Below are positions 1 through 9,813 of a stretch of 64,000 bases of DNA, one piece after another. Made by a program: the position numbers and the translations under genes. Source of the stretch: Chitinivibrionales bacterium (lineage in GTDB: Bacteria; Fibrobacterota; Chitinivibrionia; Chitinivibrionales; WJKA01); NCBI GenBank assembly GCA_038247415.1, contig JBBRUX010000023.1, positions 1 through 64,000 on the forward strand, in the 5' to 3' direction. The first letter of the stretch is position 1. Every line of letters starts with the position of its first letter. The notes under the pieces were generated by a model. It did not search any database. It worked only from the letters and a program-made list of their open reading frames with translations, and had not been told where the DNA came from.

Positions 1-2
1 GA

Positions 3-422
3 CTCCTCCAATGCCTTGAGTATATAGGGCACCATAATATTATACAGCTTGGAGGTGCGTTACGACCAGAACGACTCGATACAGTAGGTTCTATTGCCCA
101 GATAAGTGTAGATCAACTGCGTGGATTTAAGGCTTTCCAGGGCGGCGATGGCCTTGATATTTCTTTTGGGTTATCTGCAATCGACCACGAAAGTGCGATA
201 ATCGCTAAAAAGATTCTCGGAAACGCAAAAGAAACAATTATCCTAGCTGATCATACGAAATTTGAGAGTCCGTCTTTACTGTATAAAATTATCGATATCA
301 ATAAGATCACCACATTGGTAACCGATAAACCGTTGTCAACTATTTGGCAATCAACGTGCGCAGAGTGTGGTGTCAATGTAATTATTAGCGAACAAACTCA
401 AACAATGGGAGATAAACTGTAA
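3..422 (+). CDS. DeoR/GlpR-family transcriptional regulator, C-terminal sensor domain (5'-truncated by window edge)
   Basis: Manual translation of frame +3 gives ...IIQLGGALRPERLDTVGSIA...IILADHTKFES...KITTLVTDK, which is DeoRC-like. Its TAA overlaps the next ATG (TAATG). Confidence 0.85.
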   Translation, partial: LLQCLEYIGHHNIIQLGGALRPERLDTVGSIAQISVDQLRGFKAFQGGDGLDISFGLSAIDHESAIIAKKILGNAKETIILADHTKFESPSLLYKIIDINKITTLVTDKPLSTIWQSTCAECGVNVIISEQTQTMGDKL

Positions 423-1693
423 TGAAAACACTTGCCTTGCGATTGTATGGGAAAAATGACCTTCGTCTCGAAAATTTTGAGCTACCCGCCATTTCAGAGA
501 ACGAAATTCTTGCGGATATCACTTCAAATAGCATTTGTATGTCGGATCATAAGGCAGCAGAACAAGGCTCAGATCACAAGCGTGTTCCCAATGATATCGA
601 CAAATTTCCTACTATTATTGGTCACGAATTTTGCGGTACCATTCTTGAAGTAGGTGCCAAGTATAAAAATAAATTTACTGTTGGTTCTAAATACTCAATT
701 CAACCAGCAATAAACTATCCTGGCAGATTACTTGACGCACCGGGATACTCATTCAGACATACTGGTGGCCAGGCAACTAAAATTATTATTCCATCTGAAG
801 TTCTTGAAATGGATTGCCTCCTCCCCTACGCTGGAGAAGGATTCTTTAAAGCATCATTATCGGAACCAGCATCATGTATTGTAGGTGCATTTAATGCCCA
901 ATATCACTACGAACAAGGCTCCTATGTTCACAACATGGGTATTGTCGAAGGTGGTAGTATTGCGATTTTAGCTGGAGCTGGCCCCATGGGACTTGGCGCA
1001 GTAGATTTAGCCCTTCATGGCAAACGCAAACCAAAGCTTCTTGTTGTTACCGATATCGATAATGCGCGTCTGTCCCGTGCAGAGTCTCTTTTTCCTATTA
1101 AGCATGCGCTGTCTCTTGGCATAGATCTTCGGTACATTAACACAAGCGGCCCCAATGCAGTTGCCGATTTACGGTCTGCAACAAACGATAAGGGCTTTGA
1201 TGATGTCTTTGTATTTGCACCTGTTGCACCTATTATTGAGCAAGGAAGCAAAATTCTCGGGTTTAATGGTTGTCTCAATTTTTTTGCAGGCCCCAATAAG
1301 CCAGACTTTTTTGCACAAATCAATTTTTACGATGTGCATTATGCTGGGCATCATCTTGTTGGAACATCGGGCGGAAATACCGACGACATGCGTGAAGCCC
1401 TCGACCTCATGGGCAAAGGTAAAATCAACCCGGCGATTATGGTCACCCACATTCTTGGTATCGATACTGCTGCAGAAACAATCAAGAATCTTCCTACTAT
1501 CCCTGGCGGCAAAAAGCTAACATACACCAACTTATCCATGCCTCTGGTTGCCCTCGATGACCTTGCCAAACTTGGAGAAACTAACCCGCTGTATAAAGAG
1601 CTTGCCGTTATTGTGAGCAAACATAATGGACTTTGGTCGGTAGAAGCCGAACAACACCTTCTTGCACATGCACCAAAAATTGTAGGAGCCTAA
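422..1693 (+). CDS. L-sorbose-1-phosphate reductase-like zinc-binding (MDR) dehydrogenase
   Basis: MKTLALRLYGKNDLRLE N-terminus, SICMSD and IIGHEF motifs, GAGPMG nucleotide-binding motif, GTSGG and PGGKKL, all typical of SorE-like proteins. Confidence 0.8.
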   Translation: MKTLALRLYGKNDLRLENFELPAISENEILADITSNSICMSDHKAAEQGSDHKRVPNDIDKFPTIIGHEFCGTILEVGAKYKNKFTVGSKYSIQPAINYPGRLLDAPGYSFRHTGGQATKIIIPSEVLEMDCLLPYAGEGFFKASLSEPASCIVGAFNAQYHYEQGSYVHNMGIVEGGSIAILAGAGPMGLGAVDLALHGKRKPKLLVVTDIDNARLSRAESLFPIKHALSLGIDLRYINTSGPNAVADLRSATNDKGFDDVFVFAPVAPIIEQGSKILGFNGCLNFFAGPNKPDFFAQINFYDVHYAGHHLVGTSGGNTDDMREALDLMGKGKINPAIMVTHILGIDTAAETIKNLPTIPGGKKLTYTNLSMPLVALDDLAKLGETNPLYKELAVIVSKHNGLWSVEAEQHLLAHAPKIVGA

Positions 1694-1695
1694 CA

Positions 1696-2868
1696 ATGAG
1701 TACCGCATCAGTTCCTGTTGTAAATACACATATCCACACACCGTACTCTTTTACCTGCTTTTCGTCTGTTCAAGAAGCGGTTGTTCTAGCTAAAAGTCAA
1801 GGTCTTTCGGCACTTGGTATATCCGACTTCAACACGGTAGAAGGATTTGAAGAATTTAACAAACTCTGCCTTGATGCAAAGATATATCCCCTTTTTAACA
1901 TCGAATTTATTGCCCTCATCCGTGAAGACAAATTAAAAAGCTTGCGCTGGAACGATCCTAAAAACCCCGGAATCATGTATTTCTGTGGCAAGGCACTCGA
2001 TTGCCCAATATCCTTTAGCGGGGATTCCCGCAATAGCCTCTCTGCCCTTTGGAAAGGCACACAAGATTATATCTGGCAAGTTATTGAACAACTTAATAGT
2101 TACATAACCAGCACCGGCCTTGATGCTCAACTCGATTACAATGGCATTCGAACACGGTTTGCAAAGAACACAGTACGAGAACGCCATGTTGCCAAAGCAC
2201 TTTTTTACGCATTCGCCGAAACCTATACCGACTCGGGTGCCAGGCTCAATGCATATAAAACAATTTTTAAGGATCCTGCCTATTCTGGGGCCATTAACGA
2301 TAACGTTTTTATGCAAAATGACATTCGTGATAGACTCTTAAAGGCTGGCAAACCAGGGTTTGTAGAAGAAAAAGAAGAAGCCTTTATGGATCTTGACCAA
2401 GTAAAACGTACCATTCTCGATGGGGGTGGAATCCCCTGCTACCCCGTGCTTGCCGACGACTCTATTGGCCTCAACGAACATGAAGCAGATGTTGCGATGC
2501 TTGCCGATACCTTGATGAGCCAAGGGATTTACGCAGTAGAATTTATTCCCTTGCGTAACACCTTAGATCATTTAAAAGCATATGTAAAGCATTTTGACAG
2601 CAAGGGTTTTTGCGTAACGTTTGGTACCGAACATAATACACCAAAAAACATACCCCTGGCGCCTAAAGCCCGCAAAGATGTTCCCTTCGATGATGAATTA
2701 GCTGCAATCGCTTATAAAGGAGCTTGTATTTTAGCTGCCCATCAAGAAAACCGCAAAAACAGATCTACAGGATTTGTAAGCGAAACAGGCGAACGCCTCA
2801 TTGCCCCATCTGCAATGAATGATTTTGCCCGCATTGGTGACGCAATTATTAGGAAAACTGCACAATAA
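1696..2868 (+). CDS. PHP-domain metallo-phosphoesterase family protein
   Basis: NTHIHTPYSF, LGISDFN and GTEHN PHP metal-binding motifs. Start moved to the ATG at 1696, just after the upstream stop. Confidence 0.75.
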   Translation: MSTASVPVVNTHIHTPYSFTCFSSVQEAVVLAKSQGLSALGISDFNTVEGFEEFNKLCLDAKIYPLFNIEFIALIREDKLKSLRWNDPKNPGIMYFCGKALDCPISFSGDSRNSLSALWKGTQDYIWQVIEQLNSYITSTGLDAQLDYNGIRTRFAKNTVRERHVAKALFYAFAETYTDSGARLNAYKTIFKDPAYSGAINDNVFMQNDIRDRLLKAGKPGFVEEKEEAFMDLDQVKRTILDGGGIPCYPVLADDSIGLNEHEADVAMLADTLMSQGIYAVEFIPLRNTLDHLKAYVKHFDSKGFCVTFGTEHNTPKNIPLAPKARKDVPFDDELAAIAYKGACILAAHQENRKNRSTGFVSETGERLIAPSAMNDFARIGDAIIRKTAQ

Positions 2869-2898
2869 TTTTCTTCTAACGCATAAGGATACCACGGT

Positions 2899-4089
2899 AT
2901 GGAATCTGAAAAAATTTTAGAGTATGCAGCTGCAATTCGCATGACTATTGCTCAATTGACAACAGATATTGCCCCCATTGTGCGATTCGACGACTCGGAA
3001 GCTGCCAAAAAAGCGGCCTCATCCAAGCAGAGCATTAAGGGCCTCGAACCAATTTTGTACCTTGACAATCCCAAAAGCGCTGCGGATATTGTTATCGCAA
3101 TCACCGATGCTTCACATAAGGCAGCACGCCATGTAAAAGCTATCGCACTTGCTAACGAGGGGATTTTTGCCGTTGGGCAATCGGGCAAAGATTCTTTGGC
3201 AGTTCTTGCAGCAATCACCCAGAATTCAGCCTATGCGGAACCAACTGATGACGACCTTCGTTTTGGGCGGCTAGAAAGTACCGTCACCATTGTTACGGGT
3301 AGTGCGCAAGGCTATGGAAAAGGAATTGCAGAAGAATTGGCTTTTGAAGGTGCCTCTATAGTGGTAGCCGATCTCAACGACGCCGCAGGAACTGCTTTTG
3401 CAGAAGAGCTCAATAGCCACTATGGTGAAGGATCTGCAATCTATTGCCACGCCGATGTAACCTCGAGAGATTCTGTCAACAACCTGGTTCTTCAAACAGT
3501 AAAAGCATTTGGCGGGCTCGATATGTTTGTAGCAAACGCAGGTGTTCTCAAAGCCGGTAGTGTCACCGAAATGGATGAAAAAGCATTCGATTTTGTAACA
3601 AGTGTCAACTACAAGGCATATTTTCTTTGCACTGCGGCTGCTGCAACAATCATGAAACTCCAGCACACCTATAATCCAGAGCATTTCATGGATATTGTTC
3701 AGATTAATTCTAAATCTGGCTTGCAAGGCTCAAATAAAAATTTTGCTTATGCCGGAAGTAAATTTGGCACCATTGGGCTTACTCAATCGTTTGCTATGGA
3801 GCTTGTTGAATTTAATATTAAAGTAAACTCGATTTGCCCCGGTAATTATTACGAAGGCCCTTTGTGGTCCGATCCTAAAACAGGCCTTTTTGTGCAGTAT
3901 CTTAATGCAGGAAAGATTGCAGGCGCAAAAACTATCGAAGATGTCAAGCAATCGTATATGTCGAAAGTCCCCATGAAGCGAGGCTGTTCCCCACTCGATG
4001 TTGCCCGAGCAATTTTTTACGTTCACGAACAAGTTTACGAAACAGGTCAGGCAATTCCTGTTACCGGTGGACAGGTCATGCTGAATTAA
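2899..4089 (+). CDS. SDR oxidoreductase, sorbitol-6-phosphate dehydrogenase (SrlD/SorD)-like, with ~120-aa N-terminal extension
   Basis: TGSAQGYG, NAG, INSKSG, YAGSK (YxxxK) and the C-terminal TGQAIPVTGGQVM characteristic of SrlD. Confidence 0.8.
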   Translation: MESEKILEYAAAIRMTIAQLTTDIAPIVRFDDSEAAKKAASSKQSIKGLEPILYLDNPKSAADIVIAITDASHKAARHVKAIALANEGIFAVGQSGKDSLAVLAAITQNSAYAEPTDDDLRFGRLESTVTIVTGSAQGYGKGIAEELAFEGASIVVADLNDAAGTAFAEELNSHYGEGSAIYCHADVTSRDSVNNLVLQTVKAFGGLDMFVANAGVLKAGSVTEMDEKAFDFVTSVNYKAYFLCTAAAATIMKLQHTYNPEHFMDIVQINSKSGLQGSNKNFAYAGSKFGTIGLTQSFAMELVEFNIKVNSICPGNYYEGPLWSDPKTGLFVQYLNAGKIAGAKTIEDVKQSYMSKVPMKRGCSPLDVARAIFYVHEQVYETGQAIPVTGGQVMLN

Positions 4090-6766
4090 TTAGATGCATT
4101 TCCAATAACTTTGCAAGTTCTGTTTTTCTGAATGGTTTTGCAATCTTGGCCGTAAATCCGTATTCTGTCGGATTCATCATCACCGGATCATCGGCGTAGC
4201 CGCTTGCGACAATTACAATGATTTTGTCATCAATGTGCCGAATTGCTTTGATAGTGTCTTTACCACCCATACCATTCGGAATGGTCAGGTCGAGAATAGC
4301 ACACACAAACCTATTTCCGCTTTCGTATGCTTTCGTAAACAGGCCAAGTGCTTCCTGCCCATCGCGGGCCGTAGTGACTTCATACCCCATATTCGTGAGC
4401 ATGGCATCCTGAGTCTCGCGCATTATCTCTTCATCATCCATGATGAGCACCATACCGATTCCTTTGTGCTGGTCCGGTTTTCTGTTTTGTCCGGTTGCTC
4501 GTGCAGCTTGAGATGCGGGAAGGAAAACGTGAAAGGTGGTGCCTGTGCCCGGCTCTGATTCCACATCGATCCATCCGCCATGACGATTGACAATTGAGTA
4601 CACTGTTGCAAGGCCAAGTCCATGACCCATTGCTTTTGTGGTAAAGAACGGGTCGAATATCTTAGAAAGAAATTCTTTGGTAATGCCGATGCCTTTGTCT
4701 TTGATGGATATCCTGATATAATTGCCTGCAATACTCCCGACGCCGGCATTTTCTGTTGATATGGTTATATTTCTTGCGGAAACAATAATTTTGCCGCCCA
4801 CTGGCATGGCTTGCTGCGCATTGATAACGATGTTGTCAATAACTTGGCCTATCTGGTTTTCGTCGCAGTCGCACGGCCACAGGTTTTCCTCGATGTCGCA
4901 CAGGCTACTTACATTGGAGCCGGAAAGAGAGAACGGGACGCTTGTCTCTATCAGTAGTGCAAGATCTATTGTCTTTCGCATGGGTGCACCGCCCTTTGCG
5001 AATGTTAGCAGTTGCTGGGTAAGAGCCTTTGTTCGCTCGAAAACATCGAAAGATTTTACCAATGCTTTTCGGGCCTTTTCCGGTTGGTTTTCGTCTATGC
5101 TTTCTTTGGCGATTTCCACGTAGCCGAACATACCGCCGAGAAGATTGTTAAAGTCATGGGCAATGCCACCGGCGAGAAGGCCAAGAGACTCGAGCTTTTG
5201 CGCTTTTTGCCTAGAATCCTCGAGTTTCTGCTTTTCAGTCATGTCGCGAAAAACAAGAACAACACCGATGATAGTGCTGTCTTTATCACGAATCGGTGCA
5301 CCACTGTCGGCGATTACAATCTCACGTCCATCTTTGGCGATAAGACACGTATGATTTGCCAACTCTACGATACCGCCAGTGGCAATCACCTTTGTAAATG
5401 GATTTTCACAGGGTTTGCGGGTTAATTCGTTGATAATACAGAAAACTTCAGGCAGCAGCTTTCCTGCAGCCTCTTGGGTTGTCCACCCTGTCAACTTTTC
5501 GGCCGCGTTGTTAAGCATTGTTATTGCGCCATGTGAGTCGGTAGTTATAACGCCATCGCCAATACTGCGAAGCGTAACGGCGAGGCGTTCTTTTTCTGCC
5601 GCAAGAGCAAGTTCCGACTGTTTGCGTGCCGTGATGTCAACACCAACTCCGGTAAAATAAGTTTTACCATTTAACAACAGTCGGACACCGTTTGAATGTA
5701 CTAGAAGTTTTCCGCCGCCCTTAATCAGCAGATTCGCTTCAACCTCACCATATCCAGTAGTCATTACCTCTTCAACTGCTGCCGCAACCCGAATTGCATC
5801 ATTACCTTCATACCATTTCGAAATATTCATGTGAGACAATTCTTCCGCTGAATAACCTGTCATAGTTTCATGTTTTTTATTCCATTTGATAAGATTTCCC
5901 TGATCATCATAGACATAAAGATATCCAGGAATACTTTCCAAAAGGGCATCGATAAAAATCTTTTCCTGTAGCAGTGCTTGCTCCGCCTGTTTGCGCTTGG
6001 TGATGTCAACCGACAGCACCATAATCCCTTCCACGTTTCCCTTCACATCAAAACTCGGGACATAGTTGACGTTGAGCCAACGATTTCCTTCTGTGGTAGA
6101 AAAAGTGTTCTCATAGGAGGATGCTCGCCCAGCCCTGACCTCGTCGATATGTTTTTGAGCAAATTGGAAATTGGATTCGCCAATAATTTCCTTGATGTGT
6201 CTGCCGACGATCTGCTCTCGAGGCAGGCCAAAACTTTTTTCGAACTTAATGTTTACGAATCGATAGTGGAGGTCGTCAATGCCAACATACGCAACAAATG
6301 CAGGAATGTTGTCGGTAATTAAGCTAAGTTGAAGATCACTTTGTATCAACGCGTTTTCGGCTTCTTTACGGCGCGTAATGTCTTGAGAGACACCGAACAT
6401 CCTCAAAGGCTTGCCGGATGTATCATATTCCATCTCGGCACTGCCCCAAAGCCAGTGGATAGTTCCATCGGGATACACGAGACGATGCTCAAAACTATAA
6501 TGACCTTCAGTCATAATACTATCGGTCTGATCCCGGTGCATTTGGCGATCATCAGGATGTATCATCTGATTTACTTGCTCATAGGTGAGCGGACCATGCT
6601 CTTGACTGATACCAAAGATATCGTACATTTCATCGGACCAAATGACTGTGTTGTGGACAATTGAATAATCGAAGCTTCCAACCTTGGCAAGTTTCTGCGT
6701 CAATCTCAGAACTCTTTCGGAAGCATTTTTCGATTCGTTATCAGGGGGTATCTTTTGCATAGTCAT
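4076..6766 (-). CDS. Cytoplasmic multi-PAS hybrid histidine kinase with C-terminal receiver domain
   Basis: Four PAS/PAC units ending in DIT/DMT, H-box AHDFNNLL, N/G/F boxes (INAQQA, DKGIG, FDPFFTTK, GLGL), and a REC domain (MDDE...LDLTIP...KPF). Confidence 0.92.
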   Translation of the reverse strand: MTMQKIPPDNESKNASERVLRLTQKLAKVGSFDYSIVHNTVIWSDEMYDIFGISQEHGPLTYEQVNQMIHPDDRQMHRDQTDSIMTEGHYSFEHRLVYPDGTIHWLWGSAEMEYDTSGKPLRMFGVSQDITRRKEAENALIQSDLQLSLITDNIPAFVAYVGIDDLHYRFVNIKFEKSFGLPREQIVGRHIKEIIGESNFQFAQKHIDEVRAGRASSYENTFSTTEGNRWLNVNYVPSFDVKGNVEGIMVLSVDITKRKQAEQALLQEKIFIDALLESIPGYLYVYDDQGNLIKWNKKHETMTGYSAEELSHMNISKWYEGNDAIRVAAAVEEVMTTGYGEVEANLLIKGGGKLLVHSNGVRLLLNGKTYFTGVGVDITARKQSELALAAEKERLAVTLRSIGDGVITTDSHGAITMLNNAAEKLTGWTTQEAAGKLLPEVFCIINELTRKPCENPFTKVIATGGIVELANHTCLIAKDGREIVIADSGAPIRDKDSTIIGVVLVFRDMTEKQKLEDSRQKAQKLESLGLLAGGIAHDFNNLLGGMFGYVEIAKESIDENQPEKARKALVKSFDVFERTKALTQQLLTFAKGGAPMRKTIDLALLIETSVPFSLSGSNVSSLCDIEENLWPCDCDENQIGQVIDNIVINAQQAMPVGGKIIVSARNITISTENAGVGSIAGNYIRISIKDKGIGITKEFLSKIFDPFFTTKAMGHGLGLATVYSIVNRHGGWIDVESEPGTGTTFHVFLPASQAARATGQNRKPDQHKGIGMVLIMDDEEIMRETQDAMLTNMGYEVTTARDGQEALGLFTKAYESGNRFVCAILDLTIPNGMGGKDTIKAIRHIDDKIIVIVASGYADDPVMMNPTEYGFTAKIAKPFRKTELAKLLEMHLINSA

Positions 6767-7121
6767 CCTTTAATCAAGGTGCGCTATTTTCAAATTTTAC
6801 GCTTTATTTCTCATTTCAGATTATTTCCACTTGTCTACCAATTACTACGCAGATGGCTTGGAACAAGCTCTTTAATTAATCATTCTAACGTCACATACAA
6901 ACAATCTTTTCAATCCAAAATATATTAAAGCGCTAGGGTTTTAACACCTCTGAATTGAAATATTTTTAAACTTATAATTTGCCCGTTCCACAAATCCTCA
7001 AGAATTGTGATTCCCGGTTCTGCCCTATCCTTTTCGATAGCCTTTTTAATTATAACTATGCAGGTCTGCTTTTACAGCAATTATATCTAGATAATCTATG
7101 ATAGATTATTAAGTAAGTAGC

Positions 7122-7153
7122 AAAAAAAATGGCATTACAAAAAAGTAATGCCA
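7122..7153 (-). terminator. Rho-independent terminator of the acyl-CoA synthetase gene
   Basis: Perfect 9-bp stem tggcattac/gtaatgcca preceded on + by an A-run (U-tract on the minus strand), about 40 nt after the stop at 7194. Confidence 0.75.
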
Positions 7154-7193
7154 CGTCGTCCTTCCGGGCCTGTTATTTAACTACATCAACTCA

Positions 7194-9323
7194 TTATTTT
7201 TCTAAAGTCAATGTAATTCGAGCGTCTGCCGCCATCGAAGCGCTGCCATGCACATTAGCCATGAAAGGATTGATGTCCATCTCGCTTATCGCGGGAAAAT
7301 CTGTGACAAGTTGACTTACGCGCGAAAGAGTTTCGGCTATCGTGTTACGATCAACTCCCGATTGTCCACGGACTCCTTCGAGCAGCGGATATGCTTTGAT
7401 AGATCGCATCATCTCCAGAGCATCATGCTGAGAAAGCGGCGCCAGAGCAAACTGAACATCTTTGAACACCTCGACAAGAATGCCACCCAGACCGAACATG
7501 AGCATCGGGCCAAACTGCGGATCTCGCGTCATGCCAATGATAATCTCTTTGCTGCCCAGAGGACACATCTCTTCTAGATAGGCACCGTCAATACGCGCTC
7601 GTGGTTGATCGCGCCCGATCCTCACCATCATTTGAATATAAGCTTCGGTAACCTGTTCACGTGTTGTCAAATTAAGAACCACGCCTCCCACATCGGATTT
7701 ATGAATAATATCGGGCGAAACAATCTTTAGAACAAGCGGAGCGCCGAGTTTTGCCGCAACTTTGCCCGCTTCGTCTGCGTTTAATACCAGTGAGCCATTT
7801 GAAGTCCTTATGCCATAGGCGCGCAGTATTTTTTTCGCGTCCACTTCATTGATCTGAACAACTTTTTTAGAACGATATGAAGCAATGATTTCCTCAACGG
7901 CTGCTGTTTTGACTTTGAAAGGCTTCCAGACTCGCTGCGGAGCTGCAAGCCAATCACTGTAGTCGCACATTGCATTGAGCGCGTTGACGGCTTTTTCCGG
8001 TGAGCGATAATCGGGCAAACCATGGGCGAGCATGAAGGCCCGGGCCGGATTTACATCTTCACCGCCAAGGAAACAGGCGAGCACCGGTTTTTTCTTATTC
8101 AAAGTTTTGCAGAGAACTTCGGCAGTTTCTTTGCATTTGGTTACCGCCTGCGGTGTAAGGACAACAATAATCGCATCGACATTTGGGTCTTCCTGAATTA
8201 ATTCGAGTGCCTTTGCATAACGCGATGGGTCGGCGTCACCGAGAACATCAACAGGATTCTTGACACTAGCGGCATGCGGCAATAAATCTGCCAAAACGCT
8301 TGCTCGTTTCGGATCCAGAATTGCCATTTTCAAACCTGCCAACTCAACGGCATCGGCAGTCATGATGCCCGGACCGCCCGCATTAGTAATCACGCAGACC
8401 CGCCGTCCTTTGGGAAGCGGCTGATTCTCGAAGGCAATTGCGTATTCGAACATCTGTTCATAATACTGGGCGCGAATAATGCCGCATTGTTTAAAAGCTG
8501 CGCGGTAAGCGGTATCAGCTCCTGCAAGACTTCCTGTATGTGAAGATGCTGCGCGCGAGCCCGACGCAGTTATGCCGGCCTTAAAAACAATAATGGGTTT
8601 CTTACGCGAAGCCTTTTCCGCAATGCTAACGAATCCCGGGCCATTGGTAATGCTTTCCAGATAGCAAACGAGAACTTTTGTTTCAGGATCATCTGCAAGC
8701 GCCGAAATGAGTTCGGTTTCATGTATGTCCGATTTATTGCCGATACTCAGCATTTTGCCTATTCCGAATCCCCGTTCAACTGCTCTGTCGAGTATAGCCG
8801 AACAGAGAGCTCCCGATTGTGAAATGAAGGATATACCTCCACTGCTCGGCCACTTGTTTGCAAACGAGAGGTTCAGTCGTGTGTGTGTGTTTAGGTGCCC
8901 AAGACAATTCGGCCCAAGAACGCGTACACCGGCACCAAGACACAGATCTCTAATTGCCACCTCCAATGCTGCTCCTTCGGGATCCTGTTCTTTAAATCCA
9001 GCAGTAATGATAGTGATCACGCTCGCGCCTGCCGCAATGGAATCGATTACGGCAGCGAGAACATGTTCGCGGGGAATCACGATGATTGTTTGATCGATTT
9101 TTTGTCCGTAATCGCATAATCTCTTATAGGTACGGACACCAAGAATTGTTTCGCTTGACGGATTGACAGGAACGATTTCTCCCTCATACTTCGATTCGAG
9201 CAGATTGCAAAGAATCTTATAGCCGATTTTGTCGGGATTCGAGGAAGCACCGATGATGGCGACAGTTCCCGGTTCGAAAAGCGCTGCATAGGTTTGTGAC
9301 CCTGGTGCGATTGTCTTATTCAT
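7194..9323 (-). CDS. ADP-forming acyl-CoA synthetase (acetate-CoA ligase, fused alpha-beta)
   Basis: CoA-binding IIGAS, GPNCLG, SQSGA, phospho-His motif SHTGSLAG, NPVD, and ATP-grasp HKSDVGGV/DPQFGP. Start at 9323 follows an AAGGAG RBS. Confidence 0.9.
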   Translation of the reverse strand: MNKTIAPGSQTYAALFEPGTVAIIGASSNPDKIGYKILCNLLESKYEGEIVPVNPSSETILGVRTYKRLCDYGQKIDQTIIVIPREHVLAAVIDSIAAGASVITIITAGFKEQDPEGAALEVAIRDLCLGAGVRVLGPNCLGHLNTHTRLNLSFANKWPSSGGISFISQSGALCSAILDRAVERGFGIGKMLSIGNKSDIHETELISALADDPETKVLVCYLESITNGPGFVSIAEKASRKKPIIVFKAGITASGSRAASSHTGSLAGADTAYRAAFKQCGIIRAQYYEQMFEYAIAFENQPLPKGRRVCVITNAGGPGIMTADAVELAGLKMAILDPKRASVLADLLPHAASVKNPVDVLGDADPSRYAKALELIQEDPNVDAIIVVLTPQAVTKCKETAEVLCKTLNKKKPVLACFLGGEDVNPARAFMLAHGLPDYRSPEKAVNALNAMCDYSDWLAAPQRVWKPFKVKTAAVEEIIASYRSKKVVQINEVDAKKILRAYGIRTSNGSLVLNADEAGKVAAKLGAPLVLKIVSPDIIHKSDVGGVVLNLTTREQVTEAYIQMMVRIGRDQPRARIDGAYLEEMCPLGSKEIIIGMTRDPQFGPMLMFGLGGILVEVFKDVQFALAPLSQHDALEMMRSIKAYPLLEGVRGQSGVDRNTIAETLSRVSQLVTDFPAISEMDINPFMANVHGSASMAADARITLTLEK

Positions 9324-9435
9324 GCAAAATCTCCTTATCAAAGCGCCCGGAATTTAAAAATTGACACGAGGTAGCGGTGAACCTGGGCGCCAGGATCACC
9401 TTAACCGGCCGCGTGTCCGATATGTTAAAAATCAA

Positions 9436-9627
9436 TCACCCGTTCCGTTTGAAAAATCCCCGAACGCTGTAAATCCGGCGTTTTCCTGCCGGCATGGTAA
9501 CAATAACATCTTCATCCAAAACCTCAACATCAATTGCTCCTGCACAAATCACACGCTCAAATACACCATTAGCAGCATACAGCCGGACAATACCATTTTC
9601 AACTTTCGCCTTGAAAAGCTCAGCCAT
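9436..9627 (-). CDS. Small 63-aa beta-rich hypothetical protein with internal repeat
   Basis: MAELFKAKVENG... with an AAGGAG RBS at 9635-9640, directly downstream of a sigma-54 promoter. Confidence 0.7.
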   Translation of the reverse strand: MAELFKAKVENGIVRLYAANGVFERVICAGAIDVEVLDEDVIVTMPAGKRRIYSVRGFFKRNG

Positions 9628-9689
9628 ATTTAAACTCCTTTCGAGATAATAGTACTCCAATTTGAGCAAATCTTCACACAGAGTTCTAA

Positions 9690-9705
9690 TGCAAAAAGTA
9701 TGCCA
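9690..9705 (-). promoter_or_regulatory. Sigma-54 (-24/-12) promoter
   Basis: Minus strand reads TGGCATACTTTTTGCA, with exact GG-N10-GC spacing, and is divergent from a sigma-54 activator gene. Confidence 0.85.
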
Positions 9706-9813
9706 GCTTGCGAATGAAGCCATTTCTTGCTGGTATGAAAGCGAACAGTGTATTTTGATTATGAATTTCGGTCAATTTGACAGATCAATCCTCCTAATGT
9801 GACAGGATCTTGC

